In this document: one piece after another, positions 51,001-52,651 of the stretch
Layout: each line of letters starts with the position of its first letter
Numbering within the stretch: the first letter of the stretch is position 1
Assembly (NCBI GenBank): GCA_003232185.1
Contig: QIMC01000189.1
Span: 1-52,651 of the forward strand
From: Flammeovirgaceae bacterium
GTDB taxonomy: Bacteria > Bacteroidota > Bacteroidia > Cytophagales > Cyclobacteriaceae
Length of the DNA stretch: 52,651 nt
Direction of reading: 5' to 3'
The notes under the pieces: generated by a model
The model's input: only the letters and a program-made list of their open reading frames with translations
The model's database searches: none
Told to the model about the DNA's origin: nothing
Program-made: the position numbers and the translations under genes

Positions 51001-51355
51001 ATCGGTTATCAGAATAGATACCTGCTGCTTCGGTAATATCTCGAAACTGCATCTGACCTTGGTTCAAATAAAGTCGATCCCCTACCTGATTACCTGCAAA
51101 AAAAATATCCGGAAGGCTGTCGTTGTTGATGTCTCCAATCGCTACCCCGGCACCGGCCACAATCATATCATTGATCAGGTGATTATTGGCTTCATCCTCA
51201 ATCACCCGATTGATGAAATCAATTCCTGTTTGCTCGGGTAACAATAAGGTAAACATCGTTTGTCTCTGCTCCTCAGTAGAAGATTCGCATTGTTGAAAAA
51301 ACAATGCAGCAATCACAATCAGGAGATAAACTGAAAGGATCTTTACCAGTGTCAT
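48002..51355 (-). CDS. VCBS/FG-GAP repeat + ASPIC/UnbV domain protein (CRTAC1-like), probable lipoprotein
   Basis: It has many …FGDINNDGxxDIxV…-type FG-GAP/VCBS repeats and a central …GASVKLYRSGKFWQLGVLSNARGYMSKSEDWIHFGLG… UnbV/ASPIC-like segment. I prefer ATG at 51353-51355 (MTLVKILSVYLLIVIAALFFQQC…). The ORF track start 51466 and ATG 51400 lie in the conserved element. Confidence 0.85.
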   Translation of the reverse strand: MTLVKILSVYLLIVIAALFFQQCESSTEEQRQTMFTLLLPEQTGIDFINRVIEDEANNHLINDMIVAGAGVAIGDINNDSLPDIFFAGNQVGDRLYLNQGQMQFRDITEAAGIYSDNRWSTGVTMADINKDGFIDIYVCRSVQENPQLSQNLLYINNGDLTFTEKAAAYGLSDRGFSVQATFFDADQDGLLDMYLVNQPPSLGKRSGKAPKYLNAQSMIYSDRFYWNNGSEKFEDVTLEAGLLNLAYGLSASVGDFNEDGWPDIYVANDFDRPDHLYFNQGDGTFKNVANQAVKHMSSFSMGSDVADYNNDGLLDIMVVDMMAEDHKSIKTNMGGMSVERFWKVVNSGWHYQYMFNTLQRNNGNGTFSELAQIGGVSSSDWSWGPLWADFDNDGWKDLVVTNGIKRNQRHSDLDQLITTRLDSLEYVAQQQGKELREIIDIMEFVQMAPAIEVPNYIFRNKGNLTFEKMTEEWGLQDSGFSFGSAYGDLDLDGDLDLVINNMDAPASVYRNNTTETTKGNFIRFKLLEEYGNPVIGASVKLYRSGKFWQLGVLSNARGYMSKSEDWIHFGLGEEVFIDSLMVIWPGGSYQTLKKVAANQILIVIKEESLVNLPPEIPKIPKLFTEVTEQLGLRHKHKENNYNDYKKELLLPHKMSNFGPGLATGDVNNDGLDDFFVGGAAGYPPTLYTQNIDGLFLSSQIDFWSGQNQYEDLAAVFLDFDNDGDLDLYVVSGGNEFDQQAQELQDRLYINQGRGTYSLGEGYLPELLTSGSCVKPFDYDGDGDLDLFVGGRLIPGKYPLPASSHLLENRHGTFHDITAQSAPGLLQLGLVTAAEWTDFNGDGAEDLVVVGEWMPVTLFQNIDGQFTNITAQTTLENSSGWYYQVVAEDFDNDGDQDLIVGNLGLNYKYKASDQAPFEIYYDDFDENGYSDIVLSYYEHGETYPVRGRSCSSQQVPIISEQFPTFEAFGAANLRDIYGEGLDQAVHYQAVTFASAYLENRGNGHFVSRPLHNEAQISNINNILTGDFDEDGHLDLLISGNLYASEIETPRNDAGMGLFLKGDGNGYFTPISLKESGFFAPHDSKDMKILKWGSEGKPVVLVANNQYYLQAIAIQPNAF

Positions 51356-51412
51356 GTCAAGGCTAAAACTACAGGTAATCCAGGGTGTATTTTGTGCCAT
51401 CTCTGCGTTAAA
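51354..51412. repeat. Copy B of the conserved ~59-nt intergenic element
   Basis: 51/59 identities to 41301-41359. It is bracketed by the perfect 8-bp inverted repeats 51356-51363 (GTCAAGGC) and 51450-51457 (GCCTTGAC). Confidence 0.8.
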
Positions 51413-51515
51413 AAATCGTTCCATAGCTATGGTTATGCAAAGATTTTTTGCCTTGACCTGAGCCAAAATATACTGCCGCCTTACCCGTCATTTAACCTTT
51501 GACATAACACTAGTC

Positions 51516-52651
51516 TCATTTCAAAGAAATTAACGATTCCTGGTCTTTACTGCTTTCTTGGTTACATTGTATGGCCTGCATCCAGTGCTGATTATTTGCT
51601 ACCAATACAACTTGTGCTTTACTTTGGCCACTTCCTAAAGTGATCATTTTCATATCCTTGACATTGTGAGGAGCGAAGAATCCACTTTCCACCAGAGGAA
51701 TGGGTTTGAAATTTCCTGAGCCATCTCCAGTAAGATACAATCCCATACCTGCATCATTCCTTGGGGTCTCGATTTCAGATCCGTACAAGTTACCGGATAT
51801 CAACAGATCCAGGTGTCCATCCTGATTGTAATCAGCCACCAAAATATTATTCACCGACGAAAATTGGGCCTCATTAGGCAATGGAGTTACCCTAAAAGAT
51901 CCATCTCCTAAATTCTCAATATAGCTGGTGGCAAATGTTTTTGCCCGCAAATTATAGGCCAGGTCAAGCTGTTGACCATAAACATCCAGTAGATTGGCAT
52001 CGCCGAATGCTTCGTATGTTGGAAACTGTTGTTGGAGCCCAGGAATTTGATCTGTTGAGCAGGATTTACCTCGCAACGGTACCAACTCACCATGCTCGTA
52101 GTAGCTCAGTATGATATCCAATTGCCCATTCCCATCAAAATCATGGCTAAATACCTCAAACGGTGCTTCCAGTGAAGCCCTGTATTTATAGTTCAGCCCC
52201 AAATTCCCTGCTATAAAATCCTGATCACCATCATGATCAAAATCAGCAGCTACCAGGCTGTAGTACCAACCATTGGTGTCGTCCAGCCCCGAACTTGCGG
52301 TAATATTCCTAAACACTCCATTTCGGTTTTCATATAAGGTTACCGGCATCCACTCTCCAACTACCGCCAGATCCAAAAAACCATCTTGATTAAAATCTGT
52401 CCAGGTGGCATCGGTGACCAGGCCCGCCTTCGCTAGTTCTGGGGCAATTTCATTGGTGACATCAATAAATCTGCCGTTATCATTTCTTAGTAAGTAACTC
52501 CTCCCAGGCATAGGATAAGTACCTGAAAGTAATCTTCCCCCAATGAATAAATCCATATCGCCATCCTGATCAAAGTCGGCCGGTATTACTTTTGAACCAC
52601 TGCTGGTTAGCTTGGGCAGGCCGGTGGACCGGCTAAAATGGCCCGTACCAT
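51516..52651 (-). CDS. Second VCBS/FG-GAP repeat protein, a paralogue of 48002-51355, 5'-truncated by the window edge
   Basis: The ORF track starts at an internal Met (52556). The frame stays open to base 52651 (…GTGHFSRSTGLPKLTSSGSKVIPADFDQDGDMDLFIGGR…). It is colinear with the C-terminal ~380 aa of the neighbouring gene (…EWMPVTL…NLGLNYKY…ETPRNDAGMGL…). Confidence 0.85.
   Translation of the reverse strand, partial: GTGHFSRSTGLPKLTSSGSKVIPADFDQDGDMDLFIGGRLLSGTYPMPGRSYLLRNDNGRFIDVTNEIAPELAKAGLVTDATWTDFNQDGFLDLAVVGEWMPVTLYENRNGVFRNITASSGLDDTNGWYYSLVAADFDHDGDQDFIAGNLGLNYKYRASLEAPFEVFSHDFDGNGQLDIILSYYEHGELVPLRGKSCSTDQIPGLQQQFPTYEAFGDANLLDVYGQQLDLAYNLRAKTFATSYIENLGDGSFRVTPLPNEAQFSSVNNILVADYNQDGHLDLLISGNLYGSEIETPRNDAGMGLYLTGDGSGNFKPIPLVESGFFAPHNVKDMKMITLGSGQSKAQVVLVANNQHWMQAIQCNQESSKDQESLISLK

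Noticed and set aside
51356-51466. 37-codon N-terminal extension of the VCBS ORF
   Set aside because: The region is occupied by the conserved non-coding-looking element. ATG 51355 gives a proper lipoprotein signal. Kept as an open alternative in the findings rather than annotated as CDS.
1-52651. Mobile elements, integrases, transposases, phage genes, toxin-antitoxin pairs, restriction-modification or other defence systems, CRISPR arrays, rRNA genes
   Set aside because: None were recognised in any frame. Every long ORF is accounted for by housekeeping or the accessory genes listed. The two methyltransferases look like small-molecule or glycan O-methyltransferases, not DNA methyltransferases.

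Overview
This 52.6-kb window comes from an AT-rich chromosome that I infer to be Bacteroidota-type. The inference rests on gene order, the lack of Shine-Dalgarno sequences, and TTG-N19-TAnnTTTG promoter boxes. Bases 1-31,500 form one uninterrupted minus-strand block of core transcription and translation genes. Its units are tRNA-Tyr/Gly/Thr-tuf; tRNA-Trp-secE-nusG-rplK-rplA-rplJ-rplL-rpoB-rpoC-DUF3467; rpsL-rpsG-fusA-rpsJ; and rplC through secY-map-infA-rpmJ-rpsM-rpsK-rpsD-rpoA-rplQ. rplQ runs off the left edge. I added three genes the ORF track misses (rplQ, rpmJ, rpmD) and four tRNAs, and trimmed several over-extended ORFs. I also located four perfect promoter boxes and three intrinsic-terminator hairpins that divide the block into transcription units. 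Bases 31.6-47.9 kb hold housekeeping genes: an M1 aminopeptidase, a biotinyl-domain protein, pyrH, frr, nadD, gmk, ahcY, birA, rsfS, ftsH and lpxH. The only accessory-looking stretch there is an ECF sigma / soluble zinc anti-sigma pair plus a four-gene cassette directly downstream of ahcY. The cassette encodes two SAM methyltransferases, a small GT2-like glycosyltransferase and an unknown polytopic membrane protein. The right end carries an orphan secreted protein and two tandem VCBS/FG-GAP + ASPIC/UnbV paralogues, the second truncated by the window edge. I found no CRISPR array, transposase, integrase, phage gene or recognisable defence gene. I do not see a convincing novel multi-gene system. 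The most unusual signals are these. (1) A ~60-nt helix-bracketed element occurs twice, 10 kb apart, in front of unrelated genes. (2) A GC-rich multi-hairpin island lies between birA and ahcY. (3) L17 carries a long 24-nt tandem-repeat tail. (4) The methyltransferase/glycosyltransferase cassette is linked to ahcY. (5) An RsrA-like anti-sigma/ECF pair is packed tightly against gmk-nadD. All coordinates and alignments were derived by hand from the sequence, and no database search was possible.
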